From Callorhinchus milii (Eukaryota): a stretch of DNA of 64,000 bases. Shown one piece after another: positions 46,301 through 58,440 of this stretch; position 1 is the first letter of the stretch, and each line of letters opens with the position of its first letter. Under the pieces are notes generated by a model. The model was not told the DNA's origin, did no database searches, and saw nothing but the letters and a program-made list of their open reading frames with translations. A program made the translations under genes and the position numbers. The DNA lies in the NCBI RefSeq assembly GCF_018977255.1, contig NW_024704751.1:558001-622000 (forward strand), read 5' to 3'.

Positions 46301-48673
46301 ACAATTCCTTCAAGAAAGATAATAAAAATAATTTGATCTAATAATAATTCTAAAGGATAGAGGGATTAAGGGATATGGGGATATGACGGGTAAATGGAAT
46401 TAGGTTAGAAGATCAGCCATGATCTTATTAAATGGCGGGGCAGGCTCAAGGGGCCGAATGGCCTACTCCTGCTCCTATGTCTTATGGTCATATGATCACT
46501 CAGTCTACGACTGTGTGCGGGACGCTGCTGTGCGCAATTGGCTATCACATGTTGCCCAGAAAACATACAGTCAATTCACTTCACACTATATCCTGTGAAG
46601 CGCTTTGAGACGACTCGAAGATGTGATAAGACGCTGTATCAAATGCAAGGATTATTATTATTATTATGCAGAGTTACTAGACTGGACATTAACTGTCTGT
46701 GAAGTGCTTGAGACCTCCTGTCGGAATAAAATGATAAAGTGCGATGGTGGATTCTTGAGGGTGGAGGACAATTCCTCCTCAAGTCTGTAACTCTAGGGCT
46801 TTCTCTCGGGGTATGGGGTTGGGTTTATGACGTGATATAAATATGATATTAATATATGTAATGTCTTCTCTTCAGAATGCATGAACTGCTCAGCATTTGC
46901 TCAGCTCCACCAGAGAGTCCACACTCTGGAGTCAAAGGTAAAGACAACCCGGCTTTAATAAGTCATCGTATCCCCCCTCAATCTGTTCGTTCTGAGAAAT
47001 GTCACTTAAAGTAAATGTTAGCAGTTACTTTTCCATTAGTGACCATGAGCTTAAGATGGTGGCTGGGGGGGTGGTGATCATCGGGTGGATCCTGCGGAGT
47101 GGTGGTTCCTGGGTGGGGGGGTGGTCAATGGAGGTGTGGTGGGGTCACTGGGGTGGTCGCTCGCATTGGAGGTTTGAGACAGCTCATAAAGAGTAGGTTT
47201 GAGACTGTGAAAGTCAGTGTCACATCATCATGTTTCGCCCACAAATATACAGTCAATTCACTTTACAGTATATTCTGTGAAGCGCTTTGGGACGTTTAGA
47301 AGATGTGATAAGGCACTGTATCAAATGCAAACCTCCAGTGTGGGTGGATCCTGGGAGATAGGCTGATGGACAGTTAGTGGGATTTCCAGGAGAGAGCGGC
47401 TTGTCACACTGTACACTGTGGTACTAACACTACACTGTGACGCTGTAACACTGACACTGACACTGTACACTGTGACACTGTACACTGACACTGTGAGACT
47501 GACACTGTGACACTGTACACTGTGACACTGACACTGTACACTGTGACACTACAATAACACTGATACTATACACTGTAACACTGTGACACTGTAACACTGA
47601 GAGACTGACATTGTACACTGTGACACTGACACTGTGACACTGACACTGACTTTGTGACACTGACACTTTGACACTGAATCTGACACTGTGACACTGTTCC
47701 TCTGTTGTTGATGAAAGCTGATGCTGCTGGAGGGGGGCTGGTCAGCTACAGGCAATGAGACGTCAGACACAGGAACACAGAGACCCCCAGGGCCGAGAGG
47801 TGAGTTCTGGGCTGACCACTGAATGGCGAGTGTGTGCGTGTGGGTGTGTTAGTGTGTGCACAACTGCGCCCGTGGATATATTTATGGAGAACCTCTAACC
47901 CATGACCTTACCTGGATTCACTCACTCTTGTCTCTGGGTTGGGAGGTTGTGGCTTCATCCCCACATCGGAGACTCTGAGCTTACAGGCCAGGCTGACGCT
48001 CCAGCGCTGGGGGGGGGTGGGGGGAGCGACACATTGTCTGAGAGTCTGTTCTGGACATGTCCATCATGACAGGACAGGCAGACAAGCACCCACACATGCG
48101 CACACAGACAGAGGCTCTAAGGGACAGCTGATATTACCCTATGATCTTTATAACAGGGCCGCCCGGAGAGAAAGGAGAGCCAGGGCAAGCAGGTAAATCT
48201 CCAATACTGATCAATGCGTAACAATCCTGATCAATAATGCCGTGTGAAACACTCTAATCTGGATCAATAATGCCTTTTTGTAGCACTCTAATCCAGATCA
48301 ATAATGCCTTTGTAGCACTCTTATCCAGATCAATAATGCTGTTTGTAACACTCTAATCCAGATCAGTAATACTATGTATAACACTCTGGTCTGGATCAAT
48401 AACACCATGTGTAACACTAATCCGGATCAATAACACTGTGTGTAACACTAATCAGGATCAATAATGTGTGTGTAACACTCTAATCCGGATCTGGTTCCCG
48501 CCTCTTCAGGGCTGCCTGGCATTCCCGGGCCTATGGGATTACCCGGAAAACCAGGCCCGTCCGGCCCTCCAGGAAAACCGGGAGAAACCGGGGAGGCAGG
48601 ATTGCCTGGGCAGCCAGGTACTGCACTGCAGGGTCTCCTTCTCTCACATTCTGTTTTTATGCTCGCTCGCTCG

Positions 48674-48704
<31 letters not shown>

Positions 48705-51455
48705 ACATGCGCTCTCTCTCTCTCACNNNNNNNNNNNNNNNNNNNNNNNNNNNNNNNNNNNNNNNNNNNNNNNNNNNNNNNNNNNNNNNNNNNNNNNNNN
48801 NNNNNNNNNNNNNNNNNNNNNNNNNNNNNNNNNNNNNNNNNNNNNNNNNNNNNNNNNNNNNNNNNNNNNNNNACACATGCTCTCTCTCTCCCTCTCACAT
48901 GCTCTCTTTCACGTGCTCTCTCTCCGTCTCTCTCACATGCTCTCTCTCTCTCTCACACATGCTCTCTCTCTCCCTCTCACATGCTCTCTTTCACGTGCTC
49001 TCTCTCCGTCTCTCTCACATGCTCTCTCTCTCTCTCTCTCTCACACATGCTCTTTCTCTCCCTCTCACATGCTCTCTCTCTCACGTGCTCTCTCCCTCTC
49101 TCTCTCTGTCTCTCACATTCTCTCCCACGTTTGCCCTCATGTTCTATCTCGCACACTTTCACTGTCTCTCATTCACACTCTCTGTCCTCTCTCTCTCTCT
49201 CTCTCTCTCACTGAGGGAGCGGTGCTCTAGACACTGAGGTGTTTCCCACTAATTGTGACTGACGTTCCCTATTAGGTGCTGTGGGACCTGCGGGACGGCC
49301 GGGATTCCCCGGAGAGACAGGCCTCCCGGGTCAGCGAGGCCTCCCTGGAGGGAGGAGTCCGAGCCCGGACACGCGGGACTGTGAGTCCAGCTTCCTTCCT
49401 CCTCTTCCTGCCCTGTAACCACCTATTCTGAGGTTGTCTGGGATGAGTCTCTCATCTGGAACTTTATCAAAGGCTTTGTGGATGTTTGTCATGGCTTCCC
49501 CCCCTGTCAGGGCACCATCTCACCCCGCAGTGTGGACCGGTGGCTGTCACTCAGTCAGGAGAGCCTCTGCTTTGCCTCCAATGATCGATCTGTTCCTCCT
49601 GACGTAATCAAATATAATTTGTTGTTGTTGTTGGTCAGCTTTCACAACAGCAGACAACAGCAGGATTCCTGTCAATGAGCGGTGCTCCCTCACTCTCTTC
49701 CTCTGTCCCTCCCTCACCCCTCCCTCTCTCCCTCTCTCTCTTGCTCACTCCCTGACCCTGACCCTGACCTGGATGTATGTGCCTTGATCCCACTTTCTCT
49801 GTCTCTGGGGTCGGGGGGGTGGGGGGGGGGGTGGGGGCGGCTCGGGATCTGTTGTTATTAATATGCGTTTTTTCTCAGATGAAGATGCAGTGATCTCGTT
49901 GGCTTCCAGCCCCCCCGGCCCAGCGGGACCCCCCAGGACACCTGGCTCTACAGGTAACAGTTCTCAGCTCTGGGTTCCCGGCTCAGTAACGCTGTGCGTG
50001 GGTTGGGACGGTGCTGAGGTCAGGCCGGGGTCACGTACCGGATAAATAACTGAGTGGGAACAAACCCTGAAAATCATAACATTATTTGCTTTTCTGTATG
50101 AATTTAGGTCCCCCCGGGCCCCCCGGCCCCCCAGGACCCCCCGGCTCCCAGGGATTCCCCGGCCCCCCTGGACCTGCGGTGAGTCAGCAGCCAGTTGTTA
50201 GCAGCTGAGGGTGTGGTTGGAGTTGGGGTGTGGCTGGGCTGGGGTTGGGGTGTGGTTGGGGTTGGGGTGTGGTTGGGGTTGGGGTGTGGTTGGGGTTGGG
50301 GTGTGGCTGGGCTGGGGTTGGGGTGTGGTTGGGGTTGGGGTGTGGTTGGGGTTGGGGTGTGGTTGGGGTTGGGGTGTGGTTGGGGTTGGAGTGTGGTTGG
50401 GGTTGGGGTGTGGTTGGGGTTGGGGTCGGGGTGTGGTTGGGCTATGGGTGGGGATTGCTGTGAGCGAGTCTTGGACAGACACCAGGAGGCTTCTTTCTAC
50501 AGAGGCAGAAGGTGATTGCTGACACCCTGACGCTGATCACACCGCTCACACCAGATGTATTAAAGCTCTCGGTGCAGTTGCAGTAGTTACTGTGCTGACC
50601 ACACAGACACAGCCTCATCACTGACATTTTTATTTCCTCCACAGGCGGAACCTGGAAAGAAAGGTGACCCTGACGATAAAGGATCAGAGGTCAGACTCCG
50701 GGGAGCGAGCACCAGCACAGACATGATGGGGAGAGAGAGAGAGAGCAGGGAATGGGGTTAGGGTAGAGAGCTCCAGTGGGGGAGCGAGCCCCAGCACAGA
50801 CACGATGGGGAGAGAGCAGGGAATGGGGTTAGGGTAGAGAGCTCCAGTGGGGGAGCGAGCCCCAGCACAGACATGATGGGGAGAGAGCAGGGAATGGGGT
50901 TAGGGTAGAGAGCTCCAGTGGGGGAGCGAGCCCCAGCACAGACACCATGGGGAGAGAGCAGGGAATGGGGTTAGGGTAGAGAGCTCCAGTGGGGAGCGAG
51001 CCCCAGCACAGACACCATGGGGAGAGAGCAGGGAATGGGGTTAGAGAGGAGAGGGGCTGAGATAACATGGGGTGACTCTCCTTCATGTTGGTTTCTCCTC
51101 CACAGGGAGAAGCTGTTCAGCAGCTTCGCGAGGCCTTGAAGATCTTGGCTGAGAGAGTCTTAATCTTAGAGCATATGATTGGCATCCACGGTGAGTGGGC
51201 GAGGGGGGGAGGGAGAGGTTTGGGGGAGAGCGGGGGAGAGATTGAGGGGGAATGAAGCAGCCCATAAGATTCACAGCTTTACCTCCTGTTGCTGTTGTAG
51301 ACACCACGTTATCCCTGGAGCCCGGTTCTGGGGGGGGAACATTACCTTCGGCCGTTAAAGTCAAGCGGGAAGGAGGGCAGCGACATCACCTCCTGTCCAC
51401 TCTGCTGTCCGGCCAAGACCACAGAGAGCCCGGTCGGCCCCGTGTGCCAGTCTGA
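37384..51455 (+). CDS. COL26A1: Collagen XXVI alpha 1 (EMID2): signal peptide, EMI domain, two collagen domains, C-terminal coiled coil; 13 exons, about 388 aa
   Basis: Exons 37384-37499, 39565-39687 ([21 protein letters not shown]), 40264-40367 ([11 protein letters not shown]), 46876-46937, 47718-47799, 48157-48192, 48510-48617, 49276-49380, 49879-49953, 50108-50178, 50645-50689, 51106-51190 ([24 protein letters not shown]) and 51301-51455. All phase-consistent. Small exons could be hidden in N-gaps. Confidence 0.92.
37610..37972. repeat. GGGGGTGAGGGT-type G-rich repeat (COL26A1 intron 1)
   Basis: Tandem low-complexity units. Confidence 0.9.
39705..40040. repeat. 22-23-bp minisatellite, about 14 copies
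   Basis: Unit CAACAGCCACACACACCCTGT(C)AC. Confidence 0.92.
40842..41222 (+). mobile_element. tRNA-derived SINE
   Basis: Full-length head, body and tail. Confidence 0.85.
41484..41830 (+). mobile_element. tRNA-derived SINE (decayed head)
   Basis: Shared body GGCAAGTTTCCTTACTCC...TGTTTGTGGGACGCTG and tail. Confidence 0.8.
41994..42395. other. Assembly gaps (N runs 41994-42215 and 42251-42395; also 48727-48872 and 56370-56517)
   Basis: Runs of N, mostly flanked by CT-rich microsatellite. Confidence 0.99.
47400..47697. repeat. (TGACAC/TGTACAC) microsatellite-like repeat
   Basis: Tandem ACACTG-based units ending just before the exon 5 acceptor. Confidence 0.88.
48200..48495. repeat. Degenerate approx. 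33-bp tandem repeat filling COL26A1 intron 6
   Basis: GATCAATAATGC...TGTAACACTCTAATCC(A/G), about 8-9 copies. Confidence 0.8.
50205..50445. repeat. (GGGGTTGGGGTGTGGTT)n repeat
   Basis: Tandem G-rich units in COL26A1 intron 10. Confidence 0.9.
50700..51045. repeat. Approx. 70-bp minisatellite, about 5 copies
   Basis: GGAGCGAGCCCCAGCACAGACACGATGGGGAGAGAGCAGGGAATGGGGTTAGGGTAGAGAGCTCCAGTGGG. Confidence 0.92.
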
Positions 51456-51864
51456 CTGGGGCTCCCGTCTGAACACGCGCTACAGCAACTCTCAACTGCC
51501 ATCCTGCAGTTTGTATCTTGTATGTTCTGAAGCCTTACACACAAGTTTAATACCTGTTCTGTCATGTCTGTCTGGTGTGTTTGTTGTACATTTAATATCT
51601 ATTTACATTTAGATGTAGTTTTTGCACCAGATTCAATTCCTTTTTTTTTATCAATATAATTTTGTCCTGATTTCCTGGGGGTCATTTAAACTTGAATTAT
51701 TATTATTATTGAATGGTGCACTGACTCGCTGGATTCCGGGCAGTGACAGGTGAGTCTCTTTCTCTCTCCACATTGTTAGGTGTCTAAACCACAGTATAAT
51801 TTGATGCCGGTGTCATGGCAGGGGCCATGTGTCAAAGGTCTCAGTTTGATACTCTTCTGATACT

Positions 51865-52243
51865 GGAGTCCTGTTGCTCAGTGGTTTGTTAGTGCGCTCA
51901 CCTCGCAAGCGAGAGGACCCAGGTTTGATTCCCTGACAGGGTGAAATGAAATGTTGGGCAAGTTTCCTTACTCCACACACCTCTGTGTAGTTAGCAGTGA
52001 GTAGGAACCTGGTTGTTCGTCAATTGGTGGATCGATTTTCCGTAAGTAATAATCCTTTCAAAGTAAATAACAATAATTTGGTCACTAAATCCATGAGAGT
52101 ATGTGAGACTCTGTTGTGCATTTGGCTGCCACTTTTTGCCCCCAAAATATACAACCGATCCACTTTACAGTATATTCTATGAAGCGCTTTGAGACGTCTC
52201 AAAGATGCGATAAGTCGCAATATCAAATGCAAGGAATATTATT
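51865..52243 (+). mobile_element. tRNA-derived SINE
   Basis: Full-length head, body and tail. Confidence 0.85.
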
Positions 52244-52384
52244 GTCCTATTTGATACTACCTATTGTCCTATTTGATAATAATATTATTATTATTACCAG
52301 GTTAATGCTAATAGTATAAGGATATCATTTACTATTTTGTATCAAACTGAGACTTTGATACAAAATAGTGAGGAGTTTTGTTCT

Positions 52385-52707
52385 ATAATAATAATAATAA
52401 TCCTCGCATTTGATATAGCGCTTTTCACGTCGGGAGGACGTCCCAAAGCGCTTCACAGAATATACTGTAAAGTGAATTGACTGTATATTTGTGGGCGAAC
52501 GCGGCAGCCGATTGCGCACAGCAATGTCCCACAAACAGTCGTAGATTGAAAAGGACCAATTTATTATTGTTTTTGGTTTTGGAGGGATTATTATTAGGCT
52601 CTGTGTGGAGTAAGGAAACTTGCCCAAGGTTTCGCCCTCTGCCTGGAATTGAACTCAGGTCTCTCAATTGCAAAGTGAGTGCTCTAACCACTGAGCTACA
52701 GGACTCC
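52385..52707 (-). mobile_element. tRNA-derived SINE, young subfamily
   Basis: Near-identical to 15164-15480. Confidence 0.88.
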
Positions 52708-55182
52708 TATTACGTGTGATGTCTTACTGCAGTGTCACAGCCATGGCGGTACCGTACTATACACACTGACTGCTTTCTGTCCCTGGCCTGGGATTGCCAT
52801 GAGTTGCCGTGTGTTGCGAAGTGTGTGTTGTGCAGAGTTGAAGCTGAGAGCGATGATCCACCGCACTGACATCCAGCACCTTGGGACGTCCTCCCGACGT
52901 GACAGGCGCTACACAAATATGTCATTTTGTATTTTGTATTTGTATTCAGTGGCACCAGCCCCTATTTATTGAGTAACATATGTGTTGTTGTATTTACCGA
53001 GTGACCCATTAAACCATTTGATCACCGACTCCGCATGTGCCAGTCGTAGTCCTGGACAGGTCAGCCGGGAGCCCCCCCCCCCCCCCCCCCCCCACACACA
53101 CACACATAGAGAATACACTGACAAAATTACTTGCACTTTTGTATCATCTTATTACGAAAGTTCTTCACAGGTACCTACTGTCCAGTGTAGTGACTGTGTA
53201 TTTTGTAGGTGAACGTGACAGCCAATCTGTGCACAGCATTGCCCACATACAGCAATAAATGCGGCTATTTTTGATGTGGATAAATAAAGGCGATCTTTCC
53301 GCTTTTGTATAACTGACCACAAGAATACTGTCTTGCACTTCTTATAGTGGCCACGAGGTGGGGGGGGCGGGAGGTTTACTGAGTGGCTCTGGGACCCTGG
53401 ACTTGTGTCAACTGTCACTCACTGACCGCACAAGTCACAACAGGGACCAGTCTGACATTGCTCAGGAAACCCACGTCCCGTCCCCCTGGATTCGCGGGAG
53501 GGGGGAGTGGGGGGCTGCCCTGTGTGGATACGCAATGCACTGAAGTGTGATAAGCATCGGCATGGTTGGACACAGGCGTGGCTGTCGTTTGTGGGTCAGA
53601 GTGGTTGTGAGAATGCAGCAGCTGCAAATAAGCCCCCCCCAGGCTCCCAGTGGGGCTGCTATTCCTGCTCTGTGCTGTGACAGGTCAGGTATGTCCCAAC
53701 AGCGAGGCAAACACCTCGTGCTCATTGTCTTGGCACTCACTGGCTCATACAGTATAGACCAGCTAAAGGACTGTTACACTGACTACCCTGGAATTCATTA
53801 TAATAATACTTGCATTGGATATAGCGCCTTATCACGTTGTTGAGACGTCTCAAAGAGCTTCACGGGATACACTTTTAAATTGGAGTGACGGTATTTTTGG
53901 GCAAAACACGTCATTTTATTGGGTTAAAATGACTACATTTGAAGCTGTTTTATTGTTTTCAGGAAATAAAAAGCCCGAAACCTGTGGCAAATGATTGATG
54001 AGAATTCCAGAGTTTCATTCTGAAACAGCCATTTCCGCAGAAACGTATCAATAATAATAATAATCCTCGCGTTCGAGGCACCCCGTGTCACGTGGTCGAG
54101 ACTTCTCAAAGCGCCTCAGCCTCACAGGATTGACTGTGAATTGGAGAGAGTTGTTCCGGGTTTGAGGCTTTGTGCGGATTCCCAGAATCCTGAAATCCCG
54201 GGATTGCAACCCTGACTATGGTACGACTTGGGGCTAAGAACATCTGGAGATTGGCCTCCATGAACTCCAGCCACTAACAGCTGCCCACGATTTTATACCC
54301 AATTGACTGTATATTGTGGGTGTAAAGCAGCAGCCAACAGGGTACCACAAACAGTCGTGAACTGGGGTGGCCACATTTTTTTAGTTTGATTTGGGAGGGA
54401 TTATTACCCCCGGAAAGTGATCCGCCAATCCAGTTAATAACTTGCTGGGTATAAAAATGAACCTGGAATCAGGATTTTGATACATTTTTGCATCAATCTC
54501 TCATTCACAAATCAACTGAAAAAGTAACACACATTGTTTAATGATGTGGAATTGTGCTGAATAGCAGTCTTTGCTGAACACAATAAGTGTCTGTTTGAAA
54601 GCGTGAAGTCATTGCTCAGTAATGCACTATAATTCTTCAAGGTACTGAGGGATGCGATGGGCAGGCAGTGAACTGACCTGGATTCTCAGAAGGAATTTGA
54701 TAAAAATTCCAGTTTTTTTAAAAAAATGAAAGATCATGGGAATTAATAATAATTATAATCTTTGCATTTGATAAAGTGCCTCATTGCATCATTGAGAATT
54801 CAAAAAGCTAAACAGAATATAAACTGTAAAGTGTAGTGACTGTATTTTGTGGACAAAACCTGGCAGCCAATTGCACACAGTGTCCCAAACAGTTGTGGAT
54901 TGAAGTGACAAAAATGTTTTTCTTTACATCGTTGAGACATCTCAAAGTGCTTCACTGGATATAAAGTTCTGTAAAGTGTGTATTTTTGTGGGCAAAACCT
55001 CCCAAAATAAAGCAAGTTAACGATCACCATGTTACCAGAACACCTTTATTTACAGTGTGTGGGAGCTCTGACAAGGGTATAACTTTATTTACAACCATAG
55101 TGTTGTGCTGGAGGTGGTGGAAGGTCTCTTGTGTTCTCTACCTCCCACTGGGATCTGCTCTGCTCCGCTCCACGTGGCCTCC

Positions 55183-58100
55183 TCACTCCTGATCCTTCTC
55201 CTCTCCGTGTGTGATCACGTAGCACAGGTTCTTGTAGTCCAGGTTCCCTGAGACGTCAGGTGGGAAGGCGGTGAACATTTGCTCACACTGAGGACAAGCA
55301 CACAGGATGGCTGTTAGTTGCCAAATATCCTCCAGTGTCAGAGGTGACAATCCTCATTGTAACCAACATCTGTTATTCTCCTCAAGATAACAGGCCCCAC
55401 CAACTCCGCCCCCAACCCCCCCCCTGGATAGCACAGCTGAGGACTCAGCACGTGTGCTAGTTACACATCCTTTTGCCAATCTTGCAATCTAGCAATCTCG
55501 CTTCCCGTTCACTGTCCAAAGTTACCTCTACTTCATTGAACCTGTCGGCTTGTGTCTTCAGCATCTCTTTCATACTGTAACAGAACACAGTGTCCAGTGA
55601 GCTTCATCCACAGTCATCAGTCACACACCATAGTCACACACACCACAGTCACACACACACCACAGTCACACACACACCACAGTCACACACACAATACAAA
55701 TACAATACAAAATTACCTGTGTGTAGTGCCTTCATGTCGGGAGGACATGCCAAGGCGCTAGACAGTCAGGGATGCGGCTTGGGATCAGGGATGGTGGAGG
55801 TCTGAGAGGGTGGGAGGGAGGATGGCCGAAGACGCGGTCGAATTGGAGGGTCTTGAGATGTGCTAAAGGAAGGAGCAAGGCGAAGGGATTGTGGGATGGA
55901 GTTCCTAAGGATGAGGGCAGAGAGGCTGAAGGCCAAAGGTGGGGTGGGGTGGGCGGGGGACTTGGAGTAGGCTGGAGCCTGCTAAGTAGAGGGAGCGGAC
56001 TGAATGATATGGGGTTAGCAGGTCATAGAGGTAGGAAGGGGTAAAGCTGTGGAGCGCCTTGAAAGTGAGGACGAGGATTTATGAACTCTATCCTCTGGGG
56101 GATGGGGAGCCAGTGGAGCCGAGCGAGGGTGGTGCGGGAGAGGACACGAGCTGCAGATTTCTGGTAGATCTGCAGCTTATGGCAGGAAGAGTTGGGAAGG
56201 CCGACATGCAGGGGTGGCTGCTCACAGCCTGGGTTCTTCTTGCACCCGGAGTTTTACTGCAGGTTATTTATACAGTGAATCTGAGAGGCCAGAGACACAG
56301 GGTAGATCTCTCTCTCTCTCTGCCCTGCCAGTACCCAGGGCACAGCTGAGGGGAAGCATTTGCTTTCTTNNNNNNNNNNNNNNNNNNNNNNNNNNNNNNN
56401 NNNNNNNNNNNNNNNNNNNNNNNNNNNNNNNNNNNNNNNNNNNNNNNNNNNNNNNNNNNNNNNNNNNNNNNNNNNNNNNNNNNNNNNNNNNNNNNNNNNN
56501 NNNNNNNNNNNNNNNNNGTCTTTCTCTCGGTCTCTCTCTGCCTGTGTCTGGGCGAGTGGAAAGCGAGTGGAATGTACATTCCCCAGCGCTGGACACACTT
56601 ACTATTCTCCCTTGATGTAGCCGTTGCCCTCTGGGTCGAAAATCTTAAAAGCGTTCAAATCGTTTCCTCTGGGTCAGTGCCTGGGGATAAAACACAAACA
56701 ATTCATTAACGGTTGTGGCTCTGGAACCCGGAACCAGAGGTTTATTTGACATTTTCTGCCTAAGGTTTATTCCTGGGCCGTCACCTCTTATACACCACAG
56801 CCTTGGCTGAGGCTCCAGCTCAGTGCTGGGGTAGGGGTGGCATGGGGTGGGGGCGTGGGGGGGCTGCCTTGTCATAGACACTGCCCTTTGGATGAGAGGT
56901 TAAACTGATCCCTCTGTCTGTGACTGTTCAGGTGGACAGTGAAGGGAGTTTCTCTCTCCAGGTGTCTGGTCAACAATCCCCACAAAGAAAATCAGTCACT
57001 CATTTCACGACTGTTTGTGGGCATGTCTCCACGTGTAGATTGGCTACTCAGTTCACCTTCAAAATACACAGTCACCACACTGACGGGAAGCGCTCTCACC
57101 TTTCAGCTTCTCCCCGAACATGGTGAGGAAGACAGTGAAGTTAATAGCTCCGGGAGCCTCACTCAGCATAGCCTCCAGTTCCTCACTCTTCACGTTCAGG
57201 CGGCCTGAGGACAGGACAGTACAGCTCAGTTACAGCTCATGGTCCACACGTCTCAATCCGCGCTTGCGTCCAACTAAATAACAACTGTTACTGACATGAT
57301 GGTCAGGCTCTCGGTGGCTCCTGACTTGGTCCTTACCCAAAGCTGCGAAGGTGTCACTCAGGTCGTCCTTGTTAATGAAGCCGTCTCTGTTCTGGTCCAT
57401 AATAGTGAAAGCCTGAAACGCAAAGACTAAGAATAATCCTTAAATTTGATACAGCACCTTATCACATTGTTGAGATGTCTCAAAGAGCTTCACAGGATAT
57501 GCTGTAAAGTGGATTAACTACATATTTTGTAGGCAAAACGCAGGAGTCAATTGTGCACAGCTGTGTCCCACAAACACTCGTGGATTGAATGAACAAATTA
57601 TTGTTTTGAAGGGATTATTATTATTATCCCCAGAAAGCAATCCACCAATCGACTAATAACCGGTTCCTGTTTACTGCGAGGTAAACAGAAACGTATGGAG
57701 TAAGGAAACTTGCCTAAGATTTCGCCCTGCCCAGGAATCAAACTCAGGTCCTCTCACTTGCGAGGCGAGGACTCTAATCACTGAGCTACAGGACTCTACA
57801 ATGTTAGTTAAAGGTGAATGTTGTACAGCTGCAGGAGAGGCAGGAACTCACCTCTTTGAATTCCTGAATTTGGGTTTGGTCAAACATGGAGAAGACATTG
57901 GAGCCTCCCTCGGCCGTCTTCTTCTTAGCTTTCTTCGGGGACTGGAGGTGAAAAGAAGATAATTACCATCTCCATGGCCATCGGAGACAATTTTCCCCCA
58001 TTAACACTAGAGAGAGGAAACCCATTGGCTTTGTGGAGACGTGAGCAGTGGCCACTGCTTGGATTTCTCCAGTAAAAACCTCCAGGAGACTCTACAACTC

Positions 58101-58392
58101 AATGTAGTATGTCGGTGTGTGTCTGCCTATGTGTGCGTCTGTCTGTCAGTGAGTGTGTCTGACTGTCTGTCAGTGAGTGTGTCTGTCTGTCTCTGTGTGT
58201 ATGTGTATGTCTGTCTGTCTGTCTGTCTGTCAGTGAGCGAATGAATGCGTCTGACTGTCTCTGTGTCTGTCTGTCTACCAGTGAGTGAGTGTGTTTGTCT
58301 ATCTCTGTGTGTTGGTGTAACCCTGTCTACGTGAGTGTCTCAGTGTGTTTGTGTCTGTCTATCTACGTGAGTGTGTAGTGAGGACGTACCAT
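55183..58392 (-). CDS. MYL10: Sarcomeric myosin regulatory light chain (MYL10 by synteny), 7 exons, with an apparent 1-nt deletion in exon 5
   Basis: Exons 58392-58390 (ATG), 57941-57852 (SPKKAKKK...[17 protein letters not shown]), 57412-57337 (EF-hand [12 protein letters not shown]), 57204-57100, 56680-56603 (78 nt; 79 needed), 55574-55526 and 55287-55183 ([12 protein letters not shown]-stop). Tail-to-tail with COL26A1. Confidence 0.85.
55700..56210 (-). mobile_element. L2-clade LINE 3' fragment (MYL10 intron 5)
   Basis: Homologous to 6400-6920 (GGGGATGGGGAGCCAGTGGAGCC...GACACGAGCTGCAG). Confidence 0.78.
56810..57095 (+). mobile_element. Deu-domain-like SINE remnant (MYL10 intron 4)
   Basis: CTGCCCTTTGGATGAGAGGTTAAACTGA...TGTTCAGGTGGAC followed by the shared ACTGTTTGTGGG tail. 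Confidence 0.5.
57430..57796 (-). mobile_element. tRNA-derived SINE (MYL10 intron 2)
   Basis: Full-length head, body and tail. Confidence 0.85.
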
Positions 58393-58440
58393 CCTGTGCT
58401 GTGCTGTGTGTCCTAGTCTGTCCGGGGAGAGACCCCGGCT

